Source: Blasia pusilla (Eukaryota). From it: DNA of 64,000 bases. Position numbers and translations under genes: made by a program. Of this stretch, positions 14,007 through 28,005 are shown piece by piece. The stretch spans positions 27,776,001 through 27,840,000 of the forward strand of contig CM114271.1 of the NCBI GenBank assembly GCA_050084515.1, read 5' to 3'. Numbering within the stretch: position 1 is the stretch's first letter; every line of letters begins with the position of its first letter. The notes below the pieces were generated by a model, which saw only the letters and a list, made by a program, of their open reading frames with translations, searched no databases and was not told the DNA's origin.

Positions 14007-14318
14007 TGTGGAAAACTACCAAACAAGCATAATTCGTGGAAAACGGCTCTCACACACACACATCACCATGGAGAACAAAATTTGCAATGAGAGAATTAGT
14101 GGAGGTTGGTCCTCTTCTCAATTATATAGGATATGTACAAGCAACCCTAACCCTACTCTTAACCATAATCTCGAGTTAGACTCACTGTGATTAACTAACC
14201 TTAGTTAAGATAATCGTGCTTAATTGACTAACCAAGATTAAGCTTCCCTACTTCGTGTGAGTACCAAATATAGCAGTTCAAGTGGCTCATGAGCTTGACT
14301 ATAACTCAATCTTCAATA
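14007..14318 (-). repeat. 5' LTR of copia element (312 bp)
   Basis: Direct repeat of 3986-4298; adjacent PBS. Confidence 0.9.
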
Positions 14319-17300
14319 TTAGCCAAATAGATTAAATTCATGCAAGGCCAGGAACGAAGGGGCAGAGTTATGAGGACATCAATAGAGAAATAAATCTCTT
14401 TTTTCTATCCACAAGGGTTCAAAAGAGAAATCACATCCACTTCCACAATGGATTCTCAAGACGGATTGTTCATGGTTCCACATATCTTGACTTTTGGGGC
14501 TCAAACATGATGCATCAATTTTTTGGTCATCATTGTTAGATCGATTTTATTTCTCTATGTCTCACGCTCAACTATAGAAGATTGCTACCACCAAGGGCAT
14601 ATAGCAATGGAGCAAAGAAAGTGGCTGCAATTTCTCTCACTTCCAATCATCATCATACCATCAATCCCTTATATCATCAGAAATCTGCAACCGCAATTCT
14701 GCCAAAGGCCTACCCTCCATAAATGCCCACTAGTGGAGAGCTCGTGCCATGCACGGAAGTCAAGGAAATTTATTTTTCTTGTTTTTCGTAGAGGAGGAAA
14801 TTTTTTCTTGCAGCTCGGTTGCCACATATCAAGCAAGGAGGTGTTTGCAAATCGAGAAGGCACTCTCTAATAATAATAATATAGATGTGTGTAGAATTTG
14901 ATTTCATAAAGGCTTGCCATCAATCTCTTATGGCTTTCCGATTCTTATGATAATTGTCTTTTTGTATTTATAATATGAGGAATAGATGTAATCAAGTTTG
15001 TGGTGGAGATTGATATGGGTACTAAGTGATATGAGATCATTCATTGCACTTGCAATTACCAAAATTGTATTTCAAATTCTTATCACTCCTAATAGCATGT
15101 CAAAAATATGTTTTCCCAAAAAATACTTAGCATATTTTCAAAATATGTAATTCCACTATTAACTCCTTTATGCAATTAACTTTAAGATTTCGTGACAAAA
15201 TGTCCAATCAATAAACATTCATCTTATATATGCTCAAGAAGTTCAAATCCCTGCTCTTAGGCCTCTTTGTCTTGGTACAAATCAAGTTCTTCCCTTGAAT
15301 ATCTTTTGCCTTGTGAGGTCTCAAGAGGTTGATCCTCATCGTAAACACTTCTCAAGATAGTGATTGTCCAGAAGGCCAATAGTCATTGGCTAAAATCATG
15401 CTAAAGACAAGAAATATTACAACTTACAATGTGGCAAAAAGGTGAATGCAAGATAAGGGGAAATTCCCCCACCTTAGGATTTATGTAAGAGTTTTTTTAG
15501 GAAGGTTCGCACTGGCCAAGTGTTTAGATTGGACTGTTAGGACTATCTAGATTGTATCTGTACATTTGAAACTCAATTCTCTCACTTGAGTTTTTGGCAT
15601 GGAAAATATTATTTTTTAAAAGCGATGGAAGTCAAAAGCTAAAAAATATCATTCTGTAATGCTATAATTTCCTAATCATGCTTTTGATTGCGACACCTAT
15701 CACACGTCCATAATATTAAGAGGATTCCTTTGCAACAAGATAGAAGGCCCATTCACATCATGATTGAATCCTCCATTTAGAGGAATAACACCTCTAAACA
15801 TGGCGAGACCCAATGGAGTACAGAAGTGTATTGTCCGATTGAAAATGAACAATCCCTACCAAATAGAAGTATTTGCTTATGTTGGAGAATCTAGTGCCTT
15901 CTATAACATATTGCCACATATTCATATGGTTTGGGTTCTTAACAGGCATATGCTTTTAATTTAGGCCTGATTTGTATCAATCATGATTAACACAAGAGTG
16001 GAGAGTTGGACTCTTATATGATTTTTAGATGAGCCTCTCCAACTTTTTTACTTCAATATTTCATATCTTTTTTATTCTAGATTTGATTTGCATATATTTT
16101 ATATCAAAATGACAAGGAGGATACAAGCTTCAATTTTTAATTCGTAAGGAAATTTTTATCATGTATATTAAAAAATCATCTTTTATATTTTCATTAGATT
16201 TCCAATTGAGTGAATAGTTGTTCATATTACTTTGTTATCTTTGTTTTAAAGGGGCAAGGATCTTCTTATATCAAGCAGAGATAACTCTTGTAAAGCCACA
16301 AGGTGGAATAGTACACAATTCACAAGCACCAATAAAGAAAAGCAAGGTTATCAAGCGTGCTTTTAGTAACTTTTCCCCTTCTAAATTATTCAAGAACTTT
16401 GTCACTTATGCATTGTTAGATGAGTTTGAGTGGATAATTTTGATTGTTGTGATAGATATTGTCTTGTCCTTAGGACTCTCTACTCTTAAGAACCAAAAAT
16501 TGATCGGATTAAAATAAACGAAAGATTTTTCTTAGATTGTGTGAAGTTTGTTATTTTCATTATTTTAAGCAAAGATCAATGGAATCTTCTTGCTCTTCAT
16601 ATGAACAAAAATAAGAAATGTTTACCAACCATATGAACCACAAATATTGAGGGAAAAACTTTATGTCTTGATCAAAAGACATAAGAGTGAGAAGTTTAAT
16701 CAAACTCAACACGGTGTCAAACCAAGTGAATGGGAGCATTATGCTCAAATGCACATGATTAGAGGTCCATCACCAAAGGTAGTAGGTAATATAAGGCGCA
16801 TATGATTGTGGTCATGACCTTCATGAACCAAATTTGGTCTCAAATTTTTTTATTTGAGTGAAGAAGAATTTATTGATCTTGATACTCAACCATTGCTTGT
16901 TCAATGAGATTGAGAGAGTTATAGATGCCCTAAGTCATCCACTAGTAGTTAGATTAGTAGGTCCATCAATAGCCATACCCCTACGTAATATGTCCACCAC
17001 CAATTTATATGAAGTATCACCAATCAAAGATAGTCGGAGAACCAAACCATCCTATATAATAGGTATAGAAGGACAATCGAATGATAAAAGAAAGTCAAGA
17101 GACAAGGATGAGAATATAATGTAAAAAATGAATACATTAATTCAAGTTCTGAATGAGAGAAGAAATCCCAATAAGACGACAAGAAATTGGAGCTTACATC
17201 TCGTAAATTTGAACTTCAACACCTCATATTTTGAATCAAAGTCCTCTCCATATCACCGTACATATATGGTCGTCAAAAGATCATCATGTCGCCAAACAAC

Positions 17301-17379
17301 TCTATACGGATTTGTGGACCCCTCAACGTACTCAAATCATGCAAACTAATTCCTATGACTCCTAAGGAATTGATGTAAT

Positions 17380-18950
17380 TAGTGCCGATTTCCTCTTGTC
17401 AACTTAGGCCACATATATGGCTCCCAAGTATCCATCGTGTCTACTTTAGGACTCTTTGGCATAGGAATTCATGGTTGCTATGGTGCAACCCATATTGAAA
17501 AATATAACTCGAGTGCTCCTCTACAACCAACTTCACACTCTCAACTCCTCGGTGTGCGAGACCATGTACCACCCTCGATGCTTTGGCTGCCATCTCCTGA
17601 CATACCTCCATCCAAGATATCCCAAGAAGTCCAAGGATGTCTCTCCTAATCACCCATGACATGTCAATCTCCTCGAATCTTGCCCCCATCCACTTCCTAA
17701 ATCATCTTGGCAGGAAAGGGCTCATAAGTGCAAATATAGTGATTTTTTGCAACCTCATTTGACGTTGCTCAGATACTCCTAAGTTGAGAATCCATGTCAA
17801 GTAGTTCAGTCCATTGCCTTATCCAAGACATAACATTGAGAAGCCTCTGATAGTGCGGGTATTGCCGTCACTCTAATGAGAAATCCCATTGCTCGCTCTC
17901 TCTCATCGACGTTGGGCTCCACCAATCATTGTGGTTGGTCTTCCCAAACCTTGCCACAACTTGCCTTCTTATATGCACATGAAGCACAAAAACTGAAAAA
18001 ATATGGGAAAGGCTTCCCGTGGCATGCCAATCCTATTGACTATTGTTAACGGATGTCAATCATCGTGCTTCATTACCTATGATCGATGTCTTGAATCCAA
18101 AATAGAATTCACCAAAAAATAGGAGGGATGCTCCACTCTGGCATATGCCCTCTGCAACATCTGACGTGGCACCAAGTTGGTCCACTAAAGATGGGGGCGA
18201 TGTGCTTGTGAATCTACCCTTTGTCGCATCCAAGCTAGAATGACAACTTCGTATTGATCCCTCCAAAGAGATCCAATACTTGAATACCCTCATCTGGGAT
18301 GCGCCACATAATGGATGTGGTGTCTAAGGGTGATATTGTAGCACTTTTGGCTAGCTCGGGTTCTTGTGGACCCATCATGCTTTGGTGCAAATGTGTCACT
18401 CCAGGCCATCTGCACGTGCTCAAATATTCAGCCAAACGTCAAAGCTACTCACTTGAGCCCCATAAAGGCATCTCTCTTCCACGGAATGATGATGCTACCA
18501 TTATACTCCTCTCCATAAGGGTGTCAATCATGAGTGTATCACCCGTATGGACATGATCCTCAATCAAATTATCAGGTCAAGTGATGACGCTACTGAATGT
18601 TACTAGCGTCGCCATCTCTCTTGGTCGTTGCTCGATCACTCTTCTCGTTAATCGAATGGGTAACGAGCTAAGACGCCTATGACCTGACTTCCATCTTGGT
18701 CCATAGGATGCTAACTCCACCTAGTAATCCAAGGAAAATCCCATTGGGTAAAAAATTGCTCCTCCAACCATGACATCGAAGACTTAGCATCAGCTCGTAC
18801 CATGGACTCATCTAATGGATGTCCTAGTCAAATCCTCACCACAACCTCATCTCGGATGATAAACTGTGTCATACTTGCTCCACCCAAGGACGTTTGTATC
18901 CTGAATGGGCAAGTTCTACATCGGCCCTTATAAGGCCGAATCTTGTAAAT
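17380..18950 (-). mobile_element. Decayed relic of the DNMT-carrying gypsy family (protease, partial methyltransferase, pre-RT spacer)
   Basis: Collinear nucleotide similarity to ~47030-48930; motif I GIQVLDLFGGI in ORF 18235-18435; motifs IV-VI deleted. Confidence 0.8.
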
Positions 18951-19549
18951 ATCACTATCGTATTGAGAGTTTTTCTTTGAATAAGGGCGGACTTTCTAGT
19001 TATGGCAGACATTAATAAAAGGTGAATCCTCTAAGAATTTTTTCTTCTCAATACAAAATTACTATATACAATCTTCATTCTCTCACGACATGAATCACGA
19101 ATGGTAGTGTCGAGACGATCACTTCTTCATAACATCTAACCCCGAAATTCCTAACTATAAAGTCTCTCTATAAACTACTTTACGCTTGTACACAAGAAAA
19201 ATGGCACAACTAGTGTTAAACCCTACTCGAGTAGATCTATTAACATCCATGGATCGCTATGTAAAGACATACAAAGTAAAATCCCATGTTTTTGGAGACC
19301 TACAGTAGCCAAAGGCGGTCATAAACTGCAATGGTAGGACTAATGCAATCATAGAATTTCACGTGGATATGTCTCCCAACTGGATGCCCTCAGAGTCGAG
19401 AAAGCCAAAATGAGGGATGTGGAGTCGCCAATGACCAACATTAATTTTTTACGGCACTTGTCGAGGCCGTCAATATTAGGAACGATGGTTGTGTATTTAA
19501 TAATAGAATCTGTCATTGTGGATGGACGAATTTCCATAGTATGTCTTTG

Positions 19550-19950
19550 AGGAAGTAAGAGGAAAGCTTCAAGAGGTTGAGGATAACCTAAGAGAGCAAG
19601 ATTTTCTTTATTTTGGACTCATTTGGAGTCATATTAAGAAACTTTGAATTTTGGATTAATTCCTATTATGAGCAAAATTTCCTCTCCATTTTGGGATGTG
19701 ATCTTTCAGCCCCTTCTACATGTTAAGAGCCAATGAGATGAACTGTATGCATAGATCACCAAGGAGAAAATTTGGGGATACAGAAGGGGCATACCCTAAG
19801 GAGATAGAAGAAGAGAGAGAGTTTGGGAGCTCATTTTCTCTTTGTTGAACCTCCTTTCATGAGGTAGGGAGTTACGATCCTCCTCGCCTTATGCGTAACC
19901 CAAACCTCTCATTAGGAGAGATGATTTGGTTTAATACAAGAGAGAATGGA
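19550..19950 (+). repeat. Diverged terminal-repeat (B part) fragment of the DNMT-gypsy family
   Basis: gagctcattttctctttgttgaacctc...aacccaaacctctcattaggagag matches ~56320-56415. Confidence 0.7.
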
Positions 19951-21479
19951 GAGTAGAAAAACTTATGGCCAATGAGGTTGTAACAACTCCAATTGTCGAG
20001 CAAGGATAAGTTCCACATATTTCGTTGTATTCAAACACACTAATTGTCAAGCTTACAACCTTGTTTGGTAGATATTATGTGGGATTGATATTCGAGGGCT
20101 TCAGGGAAGAGGTTTCTTTATTGATTAAGCGATAACAGAGGATGTACCATTTTCTAATCCAATGGTATAGAATTTTATGGTGCTTCATAGGTAAGCTTAA
20201 CTCTCCTAATCATTCTCCTCTTTTTTTTAATAACACCTGCTTATGAGGATCAATCATATTATATGTGTTTCTTTCACACAACACCATAAAGAAAAAAATG
20301 CATTAGGAGATGGCTTAAAAAAGGTAGAAGAGGCCAAAAAGTGTTGTAAAGAGTTAAGTCTATAACATCCATGCTAGCGGGGACCCGAGAAGTGAGTCAT
20401 GATCGTGGGTCCAAGGAGGAAATGTCTTGGTGTGAGCTAATATAGTCAAAACCTAGACTAGCTAGTCACAAGACTACGGAGGGCAACAAAAATACCTATG
20501 AGACTGACACTACGGAGACGCGCACGTGTCTTGAGAGTTATAAAATCTCCAAGAAGCCTCCACCAAGCCATCTTGATGAATAACTAGTCAAACGTTTGTC
20601 TACGGGTGGCGAATCATATTTAGGTTGAGGACTAAAATCAAGAGTCCACAGAGAAAAATAGGGAAGGTGGGGCTCCCAAGGATAAATCTAGAAGTACTTA
20701 TAGGATGGGACACTCTCCCTCCCTACACATTGAAGTCCTTAAACTAGGAAGTAATTGTGATGCATGTTTAATTTGGTCGTGTTTCAAATTTGAGCTAGGG
20801 GACACACTTTGAGAAATTAATTGACAAGCTTCGGTTAATTTATCAAAGTTTTCTTGTCTATACGCATATAGGCAAGCGACTTAGAGAGAATGGTCAAGGG
20901 TTATGGAAGACGCTTCCTAGGGAGATGGTACGCACTTGGGGAGACTCGACTTGATTAGCCCTTGGTAGTTTCTCGCCTACCAACGGAATGCACAACCAGT
21001 TGAGTCTTTGGGACTCAACCTGAGTCTTCCACTCTCAAACCTCAAGGTCGGGAGTGCTTTGGGATGAAGCTAGGAGAAGTAGAGGTTGGACTCTATGCGG
21101 ACAAGTTTCCCAAAGAAAGGAAGAAAAAGTCTAAGATGAATGGATGCAATGAGGTTGTGACATTGACTACAAGTGAGATAGTAATAATGGGTAGAAGTGA
21201 TTGGATCCATATATATAAATCTTATTTGAAGAATATAAGAGAATGATTCTTTGGTGATTTCCTATTTAATAATTGATTTGTGTATGCCTTGAGGAGACAC
21301 CCATTGCAAATCCTATTGTCGTAGAGAAGAGTAAGAGCTCACCAAGTATAACATCTAAAAGTTTTGGAAGTAGGAGCGTGTGAGCATGTTGAATATCTTT
21401 GAAGGGATCAACACTATGTTGGCTATTATAAAAAGACAAGTCTTCCTTTACATTAGTATTTTTATGCCGATTATGACGA

Positions 21480-22460
21480 GAGTACGAAGCAAGTCTCAAT
21501 TTGACATATAGTGCAATTGATGCTATGATTTCTTGAGGTCAACAATGCAAAATTACTAGTGTTCCTTGCCAAATAATATCTCCTTGTTGGGACTCGAGAG
21601 AGCATGGCTTAGATTGGATGGGTATCATTTATTTAATTAATGTCACTTAGCTATGTTAGGGCCAATTGAGTGTTGGACGAGGCCTAGGGGTGGTTTGGGA
21701 GATCAACGATCTAGGTTATTTTGGAAGATAGTCAGGATCTTGCAACGTCTACACGAGGACCAATCTCATTAACCCCTATTATGGAGAATGTACCGTTGTT
21801 GGGTGACTCATGGATATGAGCGGTGACAAGTTTACACTAGGTTTATGAATGGATTGGACGAGTAATGTTCGCACATGGATCGGGTCTAAGCATCGTTCAA
21901 TGCTTTGACTTGATAGTTGCATCTACTATCGATCATGGATTTAAGCTATCAATGGAGTTTGGATTTTTCAAGGCCTTTACCATTAATGAAGCATCACAAT
22001 CGCAATGTGTTGGATCAAGATCAAGCATTTCTTACAATTGTATAGAGTTGGTTGCATTTCTTGACAAAGCAAGTGAGGGATCGAATAGCATATGCATTTC
22101 TAGATCGAGTGTTAAGTGAGTATGGTATAGTAGTGGAGGTGTTGATAAACTAGAGTACTTAGTTTTCTAGGGAGCTTCAAGCTTTTTTTGATCAGATGTT
22201 GATCAACCACCATATCACTTCCGAGATAATCTTGAGGTGGATGGATTAGTAGAGCGAGTTGTCTGGACGGATAAGAGGTGTTTATGCAAGTATGGCTTAA
22301 AGATGCAACACTACTCATCGTGATGTTGGTGGGATGTTGAACCTTGATAACCTTGAGATGTGGATGCGAGCATGTTCTCGATGGACCAAGACACTTAGGA
22401 TAGCCCTCCTTATGATGTGAGAGAACTTAGCTAGCTATCGCACAACATTGAGATACAATG
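21480..22460 (+). mobile_element. Highly decayed relic of the DNMT-gypsy family (methyltransferase motifs IV-VI joined to integrase)
   Basis: 21540-21870 resembles the reverse complement of ~47870-48185 (e.g. ggagaatgtacc = ENVP); gcatcgttcaatgct at ~21890 and 22200-22460 resemble the integrase region 44450-45130. Confidence 0.6.
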
Positions 22461-23794
22461 AGGTGTGCAAATATTCGGGGAAGAAGTTATTGATCTATGA
22501 TCCGCAGGTTTTATTAAGGAGACTATATCTACTTGTAGAATATGATCAAGAAGCATTTGTAAATTGGTTATTAGAGATAATGGATAGTGGTTTCCCTTTA
22601 TATTTTGACCTAGGAAATGATTTTAAATAGGTTCCATATGCAATGATGTCAAGACCACAATACTCAATGAATTCATTGATATTGTCTATGGAGATCATAT
22701 TCATAAATGAAGGATATTTAATTCTTAATGGGTGCACCTTCTCTTTTGACAAAGAATATTATAGTGCATATTATTAAGATTAAAATCTTGTCTCAATTTT
22801 TGATATAGTTTCTTAAAATATCCTATATATTTATTCAAAAAGTGAAAATGTTATGAGGCTTGCATATCTGTGTGAGTTCTTGAACACAAGTCTACCATAT
22901 TTGCTATCACCATATTATTTATGTTTGAATGTAGGTGCTCTAATCATGTTGTTACTAAAAATGAATGAAGTGAAGGGACAAGCTAATAGTACTCACTTAA
23001 TGATTTTTGGATGAATTCCATATCCTATAGATACCATAATTATCAGTGAAATTAATGTTGGAGCAAAAGTATTTATGCCATGCATTGCATTTGATTTTGG
23101 TTTACCTTTTGATTTGCAAAAATTTTGATTCCCGTATGTTTTGCCTTTGCAATGACGATCGAGAATCTCAAGGTCAAACATTATAGAGGGTTGTCATCTA
23201 CTTGCCTAAGCTTGTATTTCTCATGTACAATTACATGCCTTATCTAGTGTAGGTTCTAGGAATTCCATTCATATGATGATGGATGTTCAAGATAATTCAA
23301 ATAAAATCGATGTTGTATATCATGAAGTGCTACATTAAAATAAATACAATGATCTAAATTTGAACATTTCTTAACCTCTTTATGCGATATGTCTACTATG
23401 ATGCATTATATGTATTAGGACATCTCAGATTATGCATTGTTGCATTAGACGTCAATATATGTATTTATTTGTAAAATTTTTGGTCATTTGTAGTGCGGGG
23501 TGTTGGAGGATGTGGACGTGCACCCTTTACGTCAAGGACGTCCTACCAAACTACTAACTATTTAACTAGGAGCGAGTCAAAAGTACAACATTGTGCAAAT
23601 TAAGAATCCCTCCTACGTACGAAAGCTCCGTCGTGATTTTATAGAAAAACAATTAAGAGACATCAAAACCCCTCCATTGCACCCTATAACACAACCTCTA
23701 CCTTGCACTCTATAAGACACCCTATTACTTCTCATGAGACTTGAAGTGAGTGCATCCCACTAGTATTATTACTAGCTTACATGAAATTAATCTG

Positions 23795-24225
23795 TATTAT
23801 TATGGGAGAGTGCCTTCTTGATTTGGAAATACCTCTCTACTTGACACGTGGCAACTATGCAACAAGAAAATATTTCACATGCTACGGGCAACAAGAAAAA
23901 AATTTGAATTTGTGTGCATCATTAATCTCTTCCCTTCATGGGCTATACACTAGCTCTTCAAACACTTTTTTTTTATTTCCCTTTCATCGCACGGGCACCT
24001 TATTAATATTATTATGGGAGAGTGCCTTCTTGATTTGCAAACACCTCTCTGCCTGACACGTGACAACTCGACAGCGATAAAAATTTTCACATGCTACAGG
24101 CAACAAGAAAAAAATTTGAATTTACGTGCAACATCATTAATCTCTTCCTTTCACGAACTATACATTAACTCTTCATACACTTTTTTATTTCCTGTGTGCA
24201 TTGCACAGACACCTTGCTAATGTTA
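23795..24225. repeat. Tandem duplication, two ~212-bp units
   Basis: tattattatgggagagtgccttcttgatttg at 23795 and 24007, with collinear continuation. Confidence 0.85.
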
Positions 24226-24866
24226 TCTACCATCATTCTACGTTTATTCAATTTCTATATGAAAGAAACACCCACCGAGATGCTTTGAAGCTAGATATGG
24301 TCAAGAACCCCATGCGGGAAACAAAAAAGTTTTCAAAAGGAGGTACTCTATATGAATAAAAGAAAATGGAAAAGACACATCTGAAATACACGCTTGGGAG
24401 ACTCGTAGAATCACCAAGGCGTGGTATCGTACCCTCGAGCCAGGTTACCACAGTAGATGCGTGGTCCCACTGTAGTCGCTGGAGAGTGCATGTCAGCTGA
24501 AGTAGCAAATAAATAATAGTTGACCAGTTAGCTTAGATACCGGTCATCTAAGTTTTACGAGTTGCAGGGTTCTCATGTCTACACGTTGCCACGCAATCCC
24601 TCTATCCACTCTGATTCCACAGCACTCACGAGCTGCTCGCGACCAGACCGTGGCTATGCAAGAATTCGAGCACGAATTCGAAAGCCACTGCGCTGTGCCT
24701 GCAGCCATCATCGCAAGAATTAGATTCTAATTCTGGAGGAGGAATTAGTGATCCATCCCTTGGGTGGGGAGCTTCGGAGTGCAGGCGAGAAGAGGCGGGG
24801 AGGAGAGAGAAGGTCGAGGTGACAGACAGATCGACGAGATACCTCGAGGTGCGAGGAGGAGGATAC

Positions 24867-25556
24867 ATGGCAGCCAGAACGTGTTCCATCGCGCTTGTCT
24901 ACGCTCCGTCATTGGCACTGAGCTGCAGAACGCGCAAGGCTGCGTCGTCATCGCGGTCGCCGCATTATCCGATTCCGGTGTCGGCGCGGGTGTCATCTTC
25001 TCTGCTTCGCAAATGTCCGCAATCCATCGGGAAATCAGGAATTTCGCTCGTTCAGCCTTTCTCCGATGACGTTCCTGGTCTAGAGGGGAGGCGATTGTCT
25101 AGAGTCGTGAGGACCTTCGCCCGGAGCCCTGTGACGGAAAGTGAGGAGGTGTTCTTTGATGGAGGAACTCATTATGGCGACTTGTTGGCCAACTTGGTGT
25201 TCGGTCTCACGCTGGTATGGCTCCCATTGACACTAGCTGCCGTTTTCCGATCCCTCTTTCTCCGATATCGCTTCACAAACTTGCGCGTCACGATCATGTC
25301 GGGGCTGCTAGGAGAGGATCGGAAGGACTTCTCGTACGAGGTCATCAAGGATGTCAGATTTGTGCCGCGTTTCATTGGAGAATGGGGTGACTTGGTGATT
25401 GAATTGAAAGACGGCACCCTCATTGATCTGCGCTGCGTGCCCAAGTTCAGAGAAATTGCCAAGTATGTCAAAGAGAGAGCTGGCCAGAAGCTCAGTGACC
25501 CCACCGTTCTCACTTCCACTGGAGGAGGCGCTCCCAAGAAGGGCTTTTCTTCTTAG
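24867..25556 (+). CDS. Intronless, probably plastid-targeted membrane protein with a bacterial PH-like (bPH_2-type) domain, cyanobacterial-type family
   Basis: 229-aa ORF from ATG 24867; S/R-rich transit-peptide-like N-terminus; hydrophobic GDLLANLVFGLTLVWLPLTLAAV; YRFTNLRVTIMSGLLGEDRKDFSY...GEWGDLVIELKDG...LRCVPKFREIAKY. Confidence 0.8.
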   Translation: MAARTCSIALVYAPSLALSCRTRKAASSSRSPHYPIPVSARVSSSLLRKCPQSIGKSGISLVQPFSDDVPGLEGRRLSRVVRTFARSPVTESEEVFFDGGTHYGDLLANLVFGLTLVWLPLTLAAVFRSLFLRYRFTNLRVTIMSGLLGEDRKDFSYEVIKDVRFVPRFIGEWGDLVIELKDGTLIDLRCVPKFREIAKYVKERAGQKLSDPTVLTSTGGGAPKKGFSS

Positions 25557-28005
25557 AGGACTTCCGAATGAGCACAAGCTTTCTGGTACCTCCCTTCTGA
25601 GAGAGAGGACGGCAAGACCAAGCGTGGGGTGCCCATCGGTGTACATTATGCTGTTCCCGCAATCTGCTCAGGCTGAAAGTGAATGTGCGGATAGAATCGG
25701 AACGGAGGATGGCTTGTACAGGACGTGGAAGAGTAGAGAAATCAGTTGTGAAGAGGCTCGTCTCAGCTCGCAGGCTCAGTAATCAGTAATCATTGCAGAT
25801 TTCCCGGTCACTTTCATTTTGGGAGATTCAATTCCTGCATGTGAGGCAAGGTAGGTTTACCGAGTGGAAGCTCACCCGGCCTGTAGCCTGAAGGAGGTGG
25901 CTATTCATAATGTTAGAAACTTGTGAATCCGCGCTTCCAATTTGTGGCATTCATTCTCTCTGCCCTGTTGCCATTAGGATTGCTTTCTTCAATCCGTCCA
26001 ATATCGCTCATTGTTGAACTCTTTCTGAAACGGGATCGCAGGCGCACATGTGGTGAGCGTCTGTACTGAGTTGGCCCGGATCGGTTTCTCTCCCAAATAG
26101 CAAGGTGGTGTCCATTAGTTTACTCTTGCATTGCAACTTTCTGGGACGGCGTGGAAGGAAGTTACAAGTTCACATGTGAAAACTTCGTCTCACCGTTTTA
26201 TGTGTCGTTTACCCCCCTACCTCAAGAGACAACCTAGGGAGACAGGCAATCTTCTGACAAATAGGAACATTTTTCATAAAACTTCTCATCGATGCATCTC
26301 ATTTTCAGTCAAGCATAGGTCTGCAGTGGTGATGAAGTTGGCCTGCATTGTTAAGAGCAATGACATGTCGTCACCTGAATCTTTTGTACTTCAAAACCAG
26401 GAAGAAGGACATTGGTCCTGAACGGTAAGTCGTCCGGCCTTTCACGAGGAGCGTGTTCCATCTGACCGTATTATGGCTTAGAGATTTGGTTGGATACACA
26501 TGATCGCCGTGGAACAAGGAAGAACACTCTAAAACTGAGGCTCGGAGAGTGGTAATTTCGGTGCGAGATGTGGGACTTTCTTTCTGCTACCGTGTTGAGC
26601 CACAAATGCAATTTTCGTGCACCAGGCTACAAGTTCGCTCGAGGAACGGTTTCAATTTAGCGAAACCGTAATGCGGGTGACGTTATGCCGTAATGATGGT
26701 TCTTTGCAGCATCGCTAATGTTTACCAGTCTCGATTGAGGTGCAACAACACTTCAGCCTTCCCTACTTCGGCCATTGTCAAGAGGACAGCTCAATTGAAT
26801 GGAACATTGACAAGTTCACCTGTTCCACACGTTGCATGATCGGGATTTAGGAATTTCTTGCCAAGTGTGGCTAACTAAGGCACGGAGCTGGGGCTGAAAG
26901 CTATACCACGGATAATATAGGACTTTGCACAGGCTGGACAATCAAGAAACACGTAATCTACGACGCACACGGGTACATACGTCGTACGGGGTTGCTCCCG
27001 ATGACCAGGGAGCGTGACCCGCACCGTGACATGGCACCGGCATGACTTGACAATGTTCAGCCTCCAGTCACAGGCGCTAAAATTCCCCACTCGCGTGGTC
27101 GGTGTGACTGTGGTCTCGAGCACGTGTAGTGATCGTTGCAACGACCTTCCTTAATGTGTAAAGCATCTTGGTGGCTAACTTGGTTGCCTAAGGGCTGTTG
27201 CTAAATCAAATGAAGATTTCTTTCATGTGTGGATCCGATTCATTTGTGTAATGAAGTAGTTTTGCAGAATTCCTACACGTTTCCAGTCTAAAGTGAGTTC
27301 CAGCGTCAACGACAGGTGTAAGAAGTGAGGATAAATAGCAATTTCATCAAGTTATCAAGGGTGGGAGAAGGTCGGTGAAATATTTCACACGTTTTGAAAA
27401 CGGAAGCTATCTGCAGTAAGCTCTCAAAACCACGTTTCCTGTTACCTCTACTTGCTGCGTATCTACTCCATGACGCTGTGTATCTAATCTCCCCTTCAAA
27501 CAAGTTGCTTTCATGGGAAACCGACACGACAAAGCTAATGAGGAAATTAACGAGCACATATCCAACCAGCTGCCAAGTGACAACAGAGAACAACCGAACA
27601 AATTTCGAGATGAAAAGTCGGCTTTCGAGATGAAACCTCTGTTATTCCAGTTGATTGAAAGAGATTATAAAATTACAGAATGCGCATGGAACTCAACCAG
27701 ACGCCGGAAGAATACTTTTGTACACAGCTGCGCCTCAGGGTATGTCCTAGAGCAATTGTTGTACCCTTCGTAATGGTAAACGAAGCCAATCTCGATGACT
27801 ATCTTCCTAAACATGTACGCCCATCTCCAAGTGGAGAATCTGATGTATTCACAACTCCATCCACTGATAGTGTAAGCCTAATCTCTACAGTACACCTCAT
27901 CATGTTCCCGAAGACACTATTGGCAGGAATACGTAGTTGTAGAAAGAATTGTGTGTTGGGTTTTAAATGTAATGATTTACTGGATCAAGAAAACAAGAAC
28001 AATCA

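Larger units (their letters stand above)
3986..14318 (-). mobile_element. Ty1/copia LTR retrotransposon (decayed, internally deleted, carries a nested gypsy element)
   Basis: LTRs 3986-4298 and 14007-14318; TSD TTAGC (3981-3985 / 14319-14323); Met-i-type PBS tgatatcagagc (13995-14006, minus); PPT gagcttgagggggag next to 4299; UBN2-type gag (13045-13590); protease WYIDSGASNQM; RT/RNaseH end (GFTDVDWA, QIADIFTKAL). Confidence 0.92.

Noticed and set aside
14650-17370. Short ORFs in AT-rich DNA
   Set aside because: No motif I could identify; treated as old repeat debris
19290-19520. Possible degenerate PHD/integrase tail (SYHCSL*PPLATV) on the minus strand
   Set aside because: Similarity too weak to call
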